Source: Octopus sinensis
Lineage: Eukaryota
NCBI RefSeq assembly: GCF_006345805.1
Contig: NC_042999.1
Span: forward strand, 92,194,001 to 92,258,000
Length of the DNA stretch: 64,000 nucleotides
Direction of reading: 5' to 3'
Shown: piece by piece, positions 50,041 to 63,928 of the stretch
Numbering within the stretch: position 1 is the stretch's first letter
How the letters are laid out: each line of letters starts with the position of its first letter
Notes under the pieces: generated by a model
The model's database searches: none
Told to the model about the DNA's origin: nothing
The model's input: the letters and a program-made list of their open reading frames with translations, nothing else
Translations under genes and position numbers: made by a program

Positions 50041-50946
50041 GAAAAAAAGTAAAATATTACAAATAATTTTGAAAGATTGTATTTACATTCAAGACAATTG
50101 TATCCATGAGCAATACAGTCTCTTAAGACCAATAAAAGGTTTAAAGTTTTGTAGTATCTTGTGCATGTATGACAAATCTTTTAGGCAAGCTAGTTTTCTA
50201 TCAACTGTAAGTCTTCCAGAGGATGAACAGCAAATTCTAAGAGCTTTATGAATTAAAGTATATTGCAAAGTGACACTACAAAATGCCTGCAGCAGACATG
50301 AATTCAGGATTCATGAGCTGATTACACAATAAATTATTCAGTCAAATATTTTTTGATCTGTGTCTAGAAGGAAAAGATTAACAAAGGAAACTTTCTAAAG
50401 AAGACTAACAAATATATTATGAATCCCACCATATATCCCTTCAGCAAGTATTTTCACATTCAGAAAACTGAATAGAAGTAAATTCAACCAAATAATTAAA
50501 AATCAAACAAAATATCTGAGGTACAAAATCAAAAATTTTGAAAAAGTGTTTCCTTCGTCAATGAATTTCGACACAAAACTTAGACCATAAGCATCAGTAT
50601 GGCTGGGTGGCTTAAGTTTTCTTTGTATGTAATAACATGTGCCTAGGTTCAATCCCAACCTTGGGTTGACCAATATAAAGCAAATCAAATTTGGTAAATA
50701 GAAATTATGCAGAAATATATCATACATATATATATTAAAACAAAAAGTTAAATTCTGGTCATAGAATTACCAAAGGTTTCATATCCATGAAAGCCACAGC
50801 CCTGTGGACAGCTTTGAATTCCCACATATATATGTAACTCTATAACCAGAATTTAACGTTTTGCTTTAATAATTACTGCTCTATTAAAGTGTGCTTCTTT
50901 TCTGATATATGCTTTATTTACTATATACATATAATATATAAGCATG

Positions 50947-50986
<40 letters not shown>

Positions 50987-50999
50987 TACACATTACACA

Positions 51000-53230
51000 T
51001 ACAATCTGCCTTTCACTTTAAGAGAGATTTCAATTCTCAGGTCTCCATATTTATTAACCTTTTCTCTTTCTTTCATGATGATATGTTGATCTCCTGGCAC
51101 TGCCGCATCAATTGTTAGGCACTCTTGTTTGTCCTTCCCAAAGGTAATTATATCTACCCTTTGGTGTTCTATCTTCTCTGTCTGGAAGTCAATGTCCCAG
51201 AGGATTCTTGCCTTTCTCTTTTCATCCATTACCTTTTCCAGAAGTATAAGGTGCTTGAAATATGCGATGGTGAGCTTGTCTTTCATTTCTTTATGCAAGA
51301 TATTATTCAGCTCCAGGATCCCAAGGTACTTGTACCCATCATCATCCAGGTCTTCCATTTGGCAATTTTATGCCCCTACAATTTACTCTTTCTCCCGCTT
51401 CAAAATAAGCACCACACACTTTGAGATACCAAATTCCATCCCTATATCCTTGCTGCATATTTGCAGTCTCAACCAGCCTCTCCATTTCAGGCTCAGTTTT
51501 TGCGAACAGTTTTAAATCAGCCATGAAGAAAAGGTTGTTGAGACAAGGTCCTTTCTTTTTCAACTCATAGTACACATTGATTTTTACGTAGGACTACAAA
51601 ACCTGGGATCAAGGCTATAACAAATAACAGAAGTGAACAAGAGTCTCCTTGGAAAATACCTCTTTGGATTGTTACCTCAGTTAAGTGCTGGTTGTTACAG
51701 GGAAGACATGTTTTCTAACTAGGCATGCTGTTCTTAATCAGTGCACACACGTTCTCAGCTATTCCATACACATCGTGTGTTTCCAAAATCCATGAATACA
51801 GCAACATGTCATAAGCCTTTTTGAAGTCTATACAGGCAATGCATAAGTTTTTTTGGTGCTGTTTACAGTTCTTCATTATAACCTTGTCTATCACAAGGTG
51901 GTCTTTGGTACCCTTAGATCCTTTTTGTTCTACTGGCAGTAAATTGTTTTCTGCAAGGAACATACGTATTTTCCCTGCGAGGATACCTGTTAATACTTTC
52001 CATAGGTGGTTAAGACAAGCAATGGGTTGGTAATTGCCAACCTCATTGCCCTTTGACTGATCTTTCATTTTCAATGTTGATTTTCCCTGTACCATCCACA
52101 CTGGAACTGCACTGCTCCACAGGCAATTGTCTAATTGCAATGCAATTCTCTTGTGTGTTGACCTATACTACTCAAGCCAGTAGTCTTGAATTCCATCTGG
52201 TCCTGCTGCTTTCCAGTTTCACAGTTTTGATACCTGTGCAATGACATCTGCTGTTGTTATGCACACATGGTCTTGTCGTGGAGCCTCCAGGTGATGGAGT
52301 TTAGATCTCACAGAATGAATGCACTCGGCACTGTGATTGTGGGTAACTTCTTGCCCCCAGATGTTATTCCAAAATTGGTAGGTTTCTTCTGCTTTAGTGT
52401 ATTTTCTTCTGTATTTCCTCCTAAGCTCTTAAAAAACTGCCTCTGGTTATTTGAGAATAACCAGTTTTGCTGGAACTGTGATATGTGATCAGTGTAGCAC
52501 TGCACTCTTAATGTTTTTGCCCACACACATTGTTTTAGGGTTTCAACAACAGTTTTGAACCCTTTCTTTTCTATTTGGTACTTCGTGTCAAGATATGCCC
52601 TTGTACTTTTTTTTTCATTTTTCCATTGCCCTTTGGACCACTCTTCAGATGCACCTCAGATCTTTACTCAAAGTTAGAATCTCACCTTCAATTCTCCATT
52701 TCTACCATGGCCCTTCTGTCCCTCCACTTTCCTCTCTTTCTCTCCAACCAGTTTACCTACTAAAATTGAAGTGGATCTGATCAAGTGCCTTGTTACCGTT
52801 AGATCTTTTGTCAGAATGTATTTCAGAATCTCATCAACTTTTTGGGTCATGTGTTTCACATTGTCATGGTTGAAGCTTCTTAAATTCACTGACTTGGTCT
52901 CTATTCTTGTAATTATCATATCTTTGAGTCTTATCCTGTGATTTCTCTGTTCCTTGGTCATATTCTCTTGTAATTCTGAGTTTTCTACATTATATTGATT
53001 GGCCAACCTTGTCATTTATTTTGCTTGGCATTTTCACTCACTAATGAGGTTTCTTTTTAGTTTACTAACAACTAGTATTTTTATCAAGACACCATCTCTA
53101 TCAAGGTAGTCCACCAAGGCACCAGGATCCTTGCTCACCTTGTTTGGGACTCATAGTGTTCCTTCTCCCAGGCTGCTTGCTACCCAAGGTTAACGAGTAC
53201 AGCTTACCTGGAGCACTGGTTATTTGAAGG
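51000..53230 (-). mobile_element. Internally deleted R4/Dong-clade retroelement (RT + restriction-like endonuclease)
   Basis: NYQPIACL, EQKG, CIDFKKAYD, NNLFFMADLKLFAK, GYKYLGIL and ILWDIDFQT...IDAAVPGD motifs; (TAA)n-like tract at ~53238-53272 abuts the 5' end. Confidence 0.9.
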
Positions 53231-53559
53231 TACCTATCATTATTATAATTATTATTATCATTAGTATTATTTATTCTGCTGTTCTTCACCCATTTCAGGA
53301 CTGCCAATCATCACCTTGTCTCCTTTACCTTCCATCCAATCACTCACTCCCTCCTCCCTGTGCACCATTCACATCCACCTCATCAACCCTACCCAATCTC
53401 TACAGTTATAACCTACTCTCTCTACCTTTTCTCCAACGCATATTTATCACTGACTATTCCTCAACGTTTGTTCTTTGATTATACTTCCCCCATCTCTAAC
53501 CTAACACATCTCTAATTATCCTTGACTCCCTATACATTCAAAGGAAAAGACATTTATCT

Positions 53560-53788
53560 TTTACATGTTTCAATCATTGGACTGCAACCATGCTGGGGCA
53601 CTTTTACTTTCAAAGGTTTAGTTAAGCAAATCAACCCCAGTACTTATTTGTTTTTAATGTTTGGTGCATATTCTAACAGTCTGCTCTCCAAAACCACTAA
53701 ATTATGATGCAACCAAACCAACACTAGCTGTCAAACAGTAAGTTGTAGCGGACATATACAAACATGCATGCATGCACACACACGCATG

Positions 53789-53834
<46 letters not shown>

Positions 53835-53970
53835 GGCTTTCACTCTGTTTCCATCTACCAAATTCACTCACAAAGTATTGATCGGCCAAAGGTTATAGTA
53901 GAAGACTATTAGGAGCTACACAGTGGGACTTAATTTAGTATTATTTGGTTGCAAAGTGAGTTTCTTATCC
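53560..53970 (-). mobile_element. SINE B + (CA)n + SINE A copies
   Basis: Core motifs as in the other copies. Confidence 0.6.
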
Positions 53971-54664
53971 TTATAGCCATGACTGCACTCCTCAAACACT
54001 GAAGGGTAAAAACCAACCTTTTTGAATTTTCATTGACCTTCCAGCAAGAATATAAAGAAGACATGAAAATGTAAGGTTTCAGCTGCTTTACTCTTTATGA
54101 CCAGGTTCCCAGCTTCACATTATATGCATGCCCAGTATATTATTGTCATGAATCTAGCATTTCGGTAAATATCAAAGCATGACAATAGTTAACTAAAGTA
54201 ATTATGATAAATAAAACAACAAAAGCAGCAATGCCAACCTCAACAACAACAGAACTAAATATATCCATTGGTGAGACAATGGCTGAACATTATTATTTGA
54301 GTTCAATGACTGTATTTTCCCTGAATTATTTGAAATTGATAACTATTACAAGAGACAAATCAACTTCAGAAGAGAAGCAAATGCAAAATAAAATAGGTTG
54401 GTTTTTTCAATCTAAGAGTATATATTCTTTCGTTTGTTTTTCATTGAAGTAAATTTGTCTACATCATTTCAAACCTAAACCTACAGATATACCATACAAA
54501 TTCAGATAAGATATTATGCACACAATTTCTATACACACTTGTTTTATTTAGATATGATAAAACTTCATAATCTGAATGAATATGCAATATATCACTGCAT
54601 AGTTACATCCCTCTATATCTACACATACAGGAACATGTGTGAATATTGTGTGTGTGTGTGTGTG

Positions 54665-55711
54665 TCTACATTATAATGGAGAATGCTGCTTATTAATTAG
54701 GTATGTAACAGTTACTAAAAGAAAGCAATCATAAAGGCTTGACTGTCTGGAAACTATTTTATAAATACATGTTCCAAGACGTTTCCTGTAATTTCAATTA
54801 CTGAATTTTATTGAATATTTAAACTACAAGCTTTTCACAAATTTAAGTATTTGTTGCATTCACTGTGGAGATTTTAATTTTTCATTAATTAACTGCAGGT
54901 GAAATTTTCTGTTTTTATTTGCAACAGTCTCTAAATCTCTTTTGCTTCTATTTTCATTAATGATAATTTAATATATATTCATTTCAATGTTTTCATTTCA
55001 AGTTTTAATTCTCTATTTGCAAAACCCACAGTTTAAGGCACAATTTCAAAAATAACATCAGCTTCCAGAGTTTGTTAAATGAATATTTTGATAAAATGAA
55101 ATTTTTTTAATATACTGCTATAATTTTTTTTTAAATGTGAAATGATTTTGTTAGTATAGCTGTTTGGAATGCTATAAGCCTTACAATAATAACTATGTGA
55201 TCACTGCTATTTCTAGCATGCTAAATGTAGTTGGGTTGCCTTGAAGTTTGTTTAAATTAGAGACATATTACAACAATGATAAATTACTAAAAGAAATATT
55301 TACTAAGCAAGTGAGATTTTTTAAAAATTGACATTTTCAGGAAAATTTACTTTCTGAAAATCCTTTTATTATTGAATATTTCAAGTTCACAACTTTAAAT
55401 ATTCAGTACAAGATAGTTTTTAACAAGCTTCTATTTATACGATTATTTGATTTTGTGTATTTCATTCATTGTTTGCAATGTTCTCTCTCCTCTTTCTCTC
55501 TCTCTCACACACACTGTCTGTCTAATATAAATGCACACACACTGTCTCTGTAATATAAACACAAATACACTCCGGGTTTGATTTCATTATTACACAAATA
55601 TCACATTAGAAGTTTGCAATTCAACAAAAAGTTATTAGAAATGGGAATCAAATATGAAAATATTATCAAGTGGCTAGCAGAAAACTGCCCAGAGGGTGGT
55701 CTTTCTGCTTG
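54665..55711 (+). mobile_element. Non-autonomous Helitron of the 21955-24334 family, without helicase
   Basis: TCTACATTATAATGGAG 5' end; shared 5' ~550 bp; 3' CTGCCCAGAGGGTGGTCTTTCTGCTTG|T (CTAG mutated to CTTG). Confidence 0.85.
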
Positions 55712-55869
55712 TATAGATAAATTGTATGTATGTACATTTATGTATATATAAGAACTGTACCAAAAATAATTCAGCTGTGTGTATGACTCCTCTATTAATT
55801 CACATAACTTTTCCTTCACAGTAACCCTTCTTCCAGTTCTTTTTCATTGCAGTAAATACTAGGTTCCAA

Positions 55870-56150
55870 ACAGCATGTGATTACTGAGTTCTTAACAAAG
55901 GAAGGAGTCTTTGTTGTTCAACATCCACAGAGAATTATAGGTTGTTTGCAGGGAGACATCATTGACAAGGACAATGTGCACAGATGGCTAGAGTTCAAAG
56001 GGAAAACCAGCATTAAAGACAAACCATGTAATGGGGATTCTCAATTGCTTACACTGACACAAATCATTAGTGAGTGACTGATATACTTCACATGGACAGA
56101 CATGTTACACCACATGAGCTTGATGCACAACTGGACAGTGGTCAAAATGA
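55870..56150 (+). pseudogene. Mariner transposase N-terminal (HTH) remnant
   Basis: ITEFLTKEG...DIIDKDNVHRW..FKG.TSIKDKP. Confidence 0.65.
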
Positions 56151-57349
56151 TTGCAGAAGATGGTAGATGGCTTTAGGTATTGGAAAGTATTAATTCAGGA
56201 ACAGATTATTCAGTTAATTGAACAACTGAATCCTCAGGAAAATCCATTAAAAATATTTATACCAACACACACATACACAACACACACATACAAACAAAAA
56301 ACACACACATGCACAAATTTACATAAGCACACCTATAAGCATATAAATGACACGTACAAAATGTACAAAAGATAAGGTTGTAGAAGAAAACAAAGAAAAA
56401 ATACATAGCAGGTTATGAGAAACATTGATCTATGAAGTTTAATAAATTCAATCTTATATAGTGTGCAAGTGCATGTGTGTGCATGTGTTTGTGCTTACGT
56501 GTGTATTAGAATACACAAGTGTCATTTATATGTAAGTGTGCATATGCATACATATATGTTATGCATTTATTAGTGCTTTAAATGTTTTGTAATGAATAAA
56601 AAAATGAATATAAAACCAAATATAAAAGATATTATGAATATAAAATCCTTCTAAAATTAAAACACAAATATATAAAAATGATTAGGATGTGTGTAGATGT
56701 GCTTATGAATGTGTATACACATGTTTGCATATATCAGTGTGTATTAATTCAAGAAAAATATAAAAATTATCTGCAACTGTAAGAATATTTGGATCTTTCA
56801 GATAAAGATTGTATTAAAGAGAATTGTTGATGATCCCTAAATTTAAATTGCAAACACCAGCAACAAAGCTAATATCATTTTAAGTAGCTTAAACTAGATA
56901 GAAATTTCAGAATGAAAGTATGCTGGCTACATTATGCTCACATAAGGTAGTGAATAGAATCGACGTAAATTAAAAAAAGAAAAGAATATGCTAAATTTGT
57001 TTTTTTCTAAAATGTTATCAGTTAGAGTAGGATACATCTGTCTTCAGTTATCTTTCAAATCTAAAATTTTCATTGACAAATATAATAATCATTCCATAAA
57101 TATTTGGAAAAATATTATTTTGGCTTGCATTCTTCCATCTGGGTAACTTTTGCCTATGTCAATTATGTCTGTGTGCATGAGAGAGAGGAAGAGGGGGATT
57201 AGTGTATTGTTCCACTTAAATAACATTGGATAATACAACTTTTGATGATATATCTAAGACTTATTTGCAACTAAGTTAACAGTATTGAAGTCAAAACTCA
57301 CACTAGTCTGCCTATTACACCAATTTTTTGCTCTATGACAACTCCCTAG

Positions 57350-57422
57350 TCCCACTACGTGGCACCGGGCCAACCAAAGCCTCATGAATGGATTTGGTAG
57401 ACGGAAACTGAAAGAAGCCCGT

Positions 57423-57465
<43 letters not shown>

Positions 57466-57670
57466 ATTTGTGTGTCTGTGTTTGTCCCACCACCATCACT
57501 TGACAACTGGTGTTGGTGCGTTTACGTCTTCATAACGTAGTGGTTCAGTAAGAGAGACCAATAGAATAAGTACTAGGCTTACAAAGAATAAGTCCTGGGG
57601 TCAATTTGTTCAACTAAAGGTGGTACTCTATCATGGCCAGTCAAATGACTGAAACAAGTAAAAGAATAAA
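57350..57670. mobile_element. SINE A 3' part (+) and SINE B (-)
   Basis: GGATTTGGTAGACGGAAACTGAAAGAAGCCCG; AATAAGTACTAGG...CAAGTAAAAGAATAAAAG. Confidence 0.65.
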
Positions 57671-58089
57671 AGAAAACCCACATTTTGGTGCCTTAGAAGT
57701 TACATCTATTCATGGATATATTTGAGGCAATGATTACAAATATGTCATTAGTTTTGCTAAGTCAGCTCTAGCTTGAAGACATAGATTACCCCTTTATTCA
57801 TATGCTGAAATGTAAGAGACTAGATGCACCTTACATCTCGGTGCCTTAGAAGCTCAACCTATTCTTGGGTATATCTAGAGAAGTGTTTCTAACTGGCAAC
57901 AGTTTTGTCCTGTTAACTCTTATTAATTAATGGTTCGCTACTTTGACACAAAGGCAACAATACTAATACTGTTATGTTTAGTAATTTACTATGTTTAGAA
58001 TAACAGTTATTAAAACAACAATTTGGTAATGTACTGTTATTGAAATAACAATACATTACCAAACTGATTAATTTCAGGACAAAAGTTTA

Positions 58090-60250
58090 AGATGGCTTAA
58101 AAGCAGAGAAAAGCTGAAAAAGCATTAGCACTCATTTGACAACATAAACTTCCACAAAGCAGACTGGGGAGCAATCAGAAAGGATCTGTCCTTCATCAAG
58201 TAGTCCTTCACACTCAGTTCCACTCACATTGAGAGTGCATGGCAACACTTTGAGAATATTGTCACCTATACATGCTCAAAACATGCTCCTACAAAATCCA
58301 CTAATACAAACAGAAACTGGCTCCCTAGAGAGAAAAAAAAACACTCATCAGGCACATCAAAAGATTTAATTTTAAAAATCAACTAATTAAAATACTCCCA
58401 CATACAACACCCACATTCAACAACAATGAAAAGGCTAGAGTTGGAAAATTTCATCTGCAGACCGACATGAAAACCTCCATTGAAAATTAAAGAGCTGCAG
58501 AGGAACAGTAGGTAATCAAAAACATCAAACAGAATCCAATAGTGTTCTACTCTTATACAAATAAGTATAGAACCGCTGTCTCACCCATTGGGCTATTGAT
58601 CGATGATAATGGCATTCCCCAACATGATGCTAAAGAAATGGCAGAAATACTGCAGAAACAATACTGCCCTGTCTTTAGTAATCCCACTGATATTGACGTA
58701 AGAGAAGCGAACGAAGTTGATTCCCAACATAAAATCTTGGACATAACCATCACTGCCTCAGACATCAAAGCAGCAATAAATAAGGTCAAATACTATTCTG
58801 CTGTAGGTCCTGATAGATTCCCCGCTAGTCTCCTGAAGGAATGTAGACACCAACTTGCAGTCCCTCTGACCAACCTCTAGAGAAAGACTCAGGTTATATA
58901 CCGAAACGGCTCCTATCCCAGTCTGTCATCCTGGTTTTCAAAAAGGGAAACAGATCCCTTGCAGTCAACTAACGCCCAATCTCACTCACCTCCCACCTTT
59001 GAAAGAGTGGTAAGATCAAGGATAGCTGACTTCTTGGAGACCCACAAACTCCAAAATGCAAATCAGCATGGCTTTCACTGTGGCAGGGACTGTCTAACAC
59101 AGCTCTTACACCACATTGAAGATATACTTAAAGCCTTGGGAACAGGTTTGAACTCTGACGTTATATATCTTGACTTCAGTAAAGCATTTGACAGGGTTGA
59201 CCATAATATCTTACTCTCAAAATTGGCAAATGTTGGAATCCTTGGAAAACTTCTACACTGGATTAAGTATTTCCTGGCGAATAGAACACAAGACATTGTG
59301 GTTAATGGATCCACTCAAGCTCAGCAAAAGTCACCAGTGGTGTCCCTCAGAGGACTGTCTTGGGCCTGATCCTCTTTATAATTTACATAAATGTCCTTTC
59401 CAGTGTCGTAAATCAATGCAAAGTAAAAATATTTGCTGATGACACTAAGCTCCAGAAAATCATCAATGAAGAAGAAGATTGAATGCAAATCCAGTCTGAT
59501 CTATATGCTGTGAGTCAATGGGCAGACAAAAACAAAATGCAACTGAACGAGGGAAAATTTGAGCTGATGCATTTTGGAAGAAAGTCTATACTAAAACAGC
59601 CATACTCTCTTCCTTCTGGGGAACCACTCATGGCATCTAATAATATCAGAGACCTGGGCGTAATTGTTGATAGCAATCTCAGTTGGAGTGCCCACATCAA
59701 CAATAAGGTCGATATAGCTCGTAGGATGAGCTCCTGGATCTTAAGAACCTTCCAGTCTAGAGAATAAACGAATTGAAGGCATGACTGATCTCGATTATTG
59801 GGACTGCCTTAAAGCCTTGAAACTCTACTCTCTCCAGCGGCACCGCGAGTGGTACATCATTTGTACGATGTGGAGAATATACCGCCAGCATTGCCCAAAT
59901 GACCTGAACATTAGTTTCAAGATTCATCTAAGGCTGTGACTACAGGTCATATGTCCCCTGCCCAATTCAGGATCACAACATATAGGTACACTGCGACATA
60001 ATTTCTTTTCCTCAACAGGCCCTGCCCTGTTTAACATTGTCCAAAAACTGATTAAAGAGGAAAAGGATCTCATCACCTTTAAATGGAGTCTGGATAGATT
60101 TCTTCAAGGAATACCAGATAAGCCACCCATACTTAGATACAACTCACTACTTGAATGGACCATAAACAAAACTTGACTTAAAAAGGATTTAGATAATCCT
60201 ATCAGCTGGTGCTATTAAGTTAGACATGGCCTGGACCAATCTTTGGTCGA
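58090..60250 (+). mobile_element. 5'-truncated CR1-clade LINE (RT domain), decayed
   Basis: AVGPD, QHGF, YLDFSKAFDRVDH, FADD, IRDLGVIVDSNLSW and YSLQRHRE motifs; stops and an internal deletion. Confidence 0.92.
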
Positions 60251-61026
60251 AACATGTAAGTTTTATATACATACACATTATATATATATATATATACACT
60301 GTATATACTTGAGTAATAGTCAAACTCATGTAAAAGTTGCTGTCCTATTTTAGGCCCCAAAAATTGGGAACTTTTCATAGACCTCATATAAAAGTCAATC
60401 CTAGTATTTCACGAATAACAGGACAACATTTGTGTGTCAAAGTGCTGTATTATCCTGTACATAGAAATAACACTGCTACAAAATTGTGTGGCTACCTTAC
60501 TATAGCCTGCTCTATAGGGAAAATGTTTAATGCTTACAATGGAATGCTTGGTATTTATAGTAAAACACCATTTAATAGCATAATAGCAAGTACTACACAT
60601 TTGTTGATGGGTGCTACATCACCATTACTAAAATGTATACCCAGGATATGCTACAAGCTCACACACATCTTCAAGCAGAATAAACACATGCATCATACAC
60701 ATGTTGTTTACTTGGTAATGTTACTGTAATTCATTGTGTTTTTGTTTTTATTTGCTTGCTGTTGATGCAGTACTTCAGATTCTAGCTTGAATTTCAACCC
60801 CTTCAAAGTAGTATCCATGTAATAGTCGACCCCATAAATTTATCTTAAAAAATGGTCTAAAAAATTCAACTTTTACACAAGTATATATGGTAAATATTAT
60901 TATGTCTAGGGGGAGTCATTCTGTTTCAATGCCTTATTGATTACACAATTACTGATTCAATTTCTACTTGTTTATTTTTTCTAAAATATTCATTGCTTCT
61001 TGTAATCTCTTCAATAATCGTTGACA

Positions 61027-61091
<65 letters not shown>

Positions 61092-61400
61092 GAGAGAGAC
61101 ACAGAATTACTGGTAAGGGATTATTAATCTGAGCAAAATACTTCATAAGCTCTCTGTAGGCACACTAGGCTAACAGTATTGTTTAGATTAGTGAAGAACT
61201 CCAAGCATTCTTATAGCAGGGTCTGAGGTTATAGTTCATCACCATCCTATATTGTAAAACCATGGTTGTGTTCCAGTCAAACTGGTTTTTACACAGAGTA
61301 ATATACAAGACAAGGTATAAATAATGGTCATTAAATATTTTTCCTTTATTGCAGTAAATTTGGCTTACAACTCTTTCCACTAGTCGTTATAAGTATGTTA

Positions 61401-61626
61401 CTGATAGGTTTCTCAATTGGTCTATTGATCAGTTGAGAAAAGTTGAATGACCTAAAAAATTAGTGCTGCTTTCGTCAGAGCTATTTCTGATTGCAACAAA
61501 GCAGAACACTGAAGGAATGTGTTCTGCTTTGTTATAACCAGAATTGGCTTTGATGAAACCAGCATTAATTTCTTAGGTCATTCAACTTTTCTCAACTGAT
61601 CAATAGGCCAATTGAGAAACCTTTCA
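61401..61626. mobile_element. MITE with ~58-bp TIRs and TA flanks (Tc1/mariner-type)
   Basis: TA|CTGATAGGTTTCTCAATTGG...CCAATTGAGAAACCTTTCAG|TA; central hairpin ACAAAGCAGAACAC/GTGTTCTGCTTTGT. Confidence 0.8.
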
Positions 61627-61719
61627 GTAATGAACCTATCATGACTACTGGAAACAGCTGTAAGCCAAATTTTTTCCAATAAAGGAAAAATTTGTAATGA
61701 TAATTATTTATAACTTGTG

Positions 61720-62625
61720 TAAAAAAATCCATGGCAGTGAAACATGGGCTGTGACTGCTGAGGACATGCATAAGCTTGCTAGAAATGAAGCCAGTATACT
61801 CTGCTGGATGTGTAATGTCAGCATGCATACACAACAGAGTGTAAGCACCCTGAGAGAAAAGTTGAACAAAAGAAGCATCAGATGTGGTGTGCAAGAGAGA
61901 CTGCTGTGCTGGTATGATCATGTGTTGCAAATGGATGAGGACAGCTGTGTGAAAAAGTGTCACATCATAACAGTGGGGGGAACCTGTGGAAGAGGTAGAC
62001 ACATGAAGACCTGGGATGAGGTGGTGAAGCATGACATTTGAACATCAGGCCTCACGAAGGCAATGACAAATGACCAAGACCTTTGGTGATATGCTATGTT
62101 TGAGAAGATCCAGCAAGCCAAGGGAAATCATAGCCGTGGTTTATGCCAGTGTCGCATAACCAGGCCATTGGACAATAAACTATGCTTGAGAAGACCTGTT
62201 GAGTCAAGTAAAATCATTGTTGCGGCCAATGCCAGTACCACATGACTGGTACCCGTGCTGGTGGCATGTAAAAAGCACCATTTGAGTGTGGCTGATGCCA
62301 GTCTCTCCACACTGGCTCCTGTGCCACTAGCACGTAAACTGCACCATTTGAACATGGTCAATGCCAGTGCCAGTTGACTGGCTCCCATGCTGGTGGTACA
62401 TAAAAAGCACCATTCAAGCATGGTCACTGCCAGTGCTGCCTGACAGGCCCTTGTGCCAGTGGCACATAAAAAGCACCCTCTACACTCTTGAAGTGGTTGG
62501 CATTAGGAAGGGCATCAAGCTGTAGTAACCTTATCAGACCAGATTGGAGCCTTCTGGCTTGCAAGTCCTCAGTCAAATCGTCCAACCCATAGTAGTATGG
62601 AAAGTAGATGTTAAACAATGATGAT
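61720..62625 (+). mobile_element. 5'-truncated RTE (C-terminus + 3'UTR + tail)
   Basis: HGSETWAVTAEDMHKLARNEAS...GRGRHMKTWDEVVKHD; 3'UTR repeats. Confidence 0.92.
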
Positions 62626-63520
62626 GGTGTCTTATACATATATGAAACATAAATGGACACTGTGCTTAGACTTGGGTCCCATCCCTAAGCAGCTACATTT
62701 TTCTGATGCAAATATAAAAATAATTGAAAATGTGCAAGCATCTGAAATCTGCAACACTTTTGGTTCAAATAAATTTCAGATAAGGGATTATCAGCATTGA
62801 TATCATTGTCGAATTTACATTAAAATAGCAGCTCGTTTATTAATTAAAGGCAGTATGGTGCATATGCATAGGTCAATGACAGATAAAGGAGTTTCTATGC
62901 ATAATGTTGATTAGTTGACAGCAACTTCAAAGTTTTGCTGGTGGTGGCTTATTCAAATCATGAGTTTAAAGCCAAATTTAACATTAGATTCTATACACAT
63001 GTCCTGAGTCTTTTCATCAATCAACACTCATAGATTTTATACATTTGAAACACTTCTCTTTAACTACATGCTATATATGTACACATACATACACACACAC
63101 ACACACACACATAATTCTTATGAATTAACCCTGAAATTGGAACCAATACGGTAATTATGGTTTTTTTAGAAATTTCTATCGGCTTGTTTCGAGACGCATA
63201 AATTATAATAGTTATTGACAATTTTGTCTATTTTTCGGCATATTTGGCATTGGACTTTTTCTTTTGCCCTTATTTTATAAGTTATTTATACATTTAACTT
63301 TTAAAGGTATTTTTTGATATGCTGGCGATTGATAAAATTTTTTTTAGAAAAAATTTTATCCTACATTAGTTATATATATGTATATCATCATCATCATTTA
63401 ACGTCCGCTTTCCATGCTAGCATGGGTTGGACGGTTCAACTGGGGTCTGGGGAGCCCGAAGGCTGCACCAGGCCAGTCAGATCTGGCAGTGTTTCTACAG
63501 CTGGATGCCCTTCCTAATGC

Positions 63521-63558
<38 letters not shown>

Positions 63559-63778
63559 TATAACTAATGTAGGATAAAATCTTTTCTAAAAAAAATGTTA
63601 TCAATCGCCAGCATATCAAAAAATACCTTTAAAAGTTAAATGTATAAATAACTTATAAAATAAGGGCAAAAGAAAAAGTCCAATGCCAAATATGCCGAAA
63701 AATAGACAAAATTGTCAATAACCATTATAATTTATGCGTCTCGAAACAAGCCGATAGAAATTTCTAAAAAATCCGTTA

Positions 63779-63839
63779 TTACCGTATTGGTTCCAATTTC
63801 GGGGTTAATTCATAAGAATTTTCCCCTCTTCAGCAATAA
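63779..63839 (-). ncRNA. Type I hammerhead ribozyme (AUA site; predicted cleavage between 63785 and 63784)
   Basis: Minus strand: TTATTG-CTGAAGA-GGGG-aaAATTCttatGAATTaa-CCCC-GAAA-TTGGaaCCAA-TA-CGGTAA. All three stems pair (stem I has two G-U pairs). Confidence 0.8.
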
Positions 63840-63870
63840 ATACGAAAGACATAAATTAAATACTTACTCA

Positions 63871-63928
63871 TACCCTGAAGAGGGGAAAATTCTTATGAAT
63901 TAACCCCGAAATTGGGACCAATACGGTA
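63871..63928 (+). ncRNA. Type I hammerhead ribozyme, mirror copy with imperfect stem I (site after 63923)
   Basis: TACC-CTGAAGA-GGGG...CCCC-GAAA-TTGGgaCCAA-TA-CGGTA; stem I pairs only if one C is bulged. Confidence 0.65.

Noticed and set aside
60225-60262. GACCA-atctt-TGGTC-GAAA-CATG-TA at the CR1 3' end, resembling a hammerhead 3' half
   Set aside because: No CUGANGA core and no stem I; more likely the ordinary CR1 3' stem-loop.
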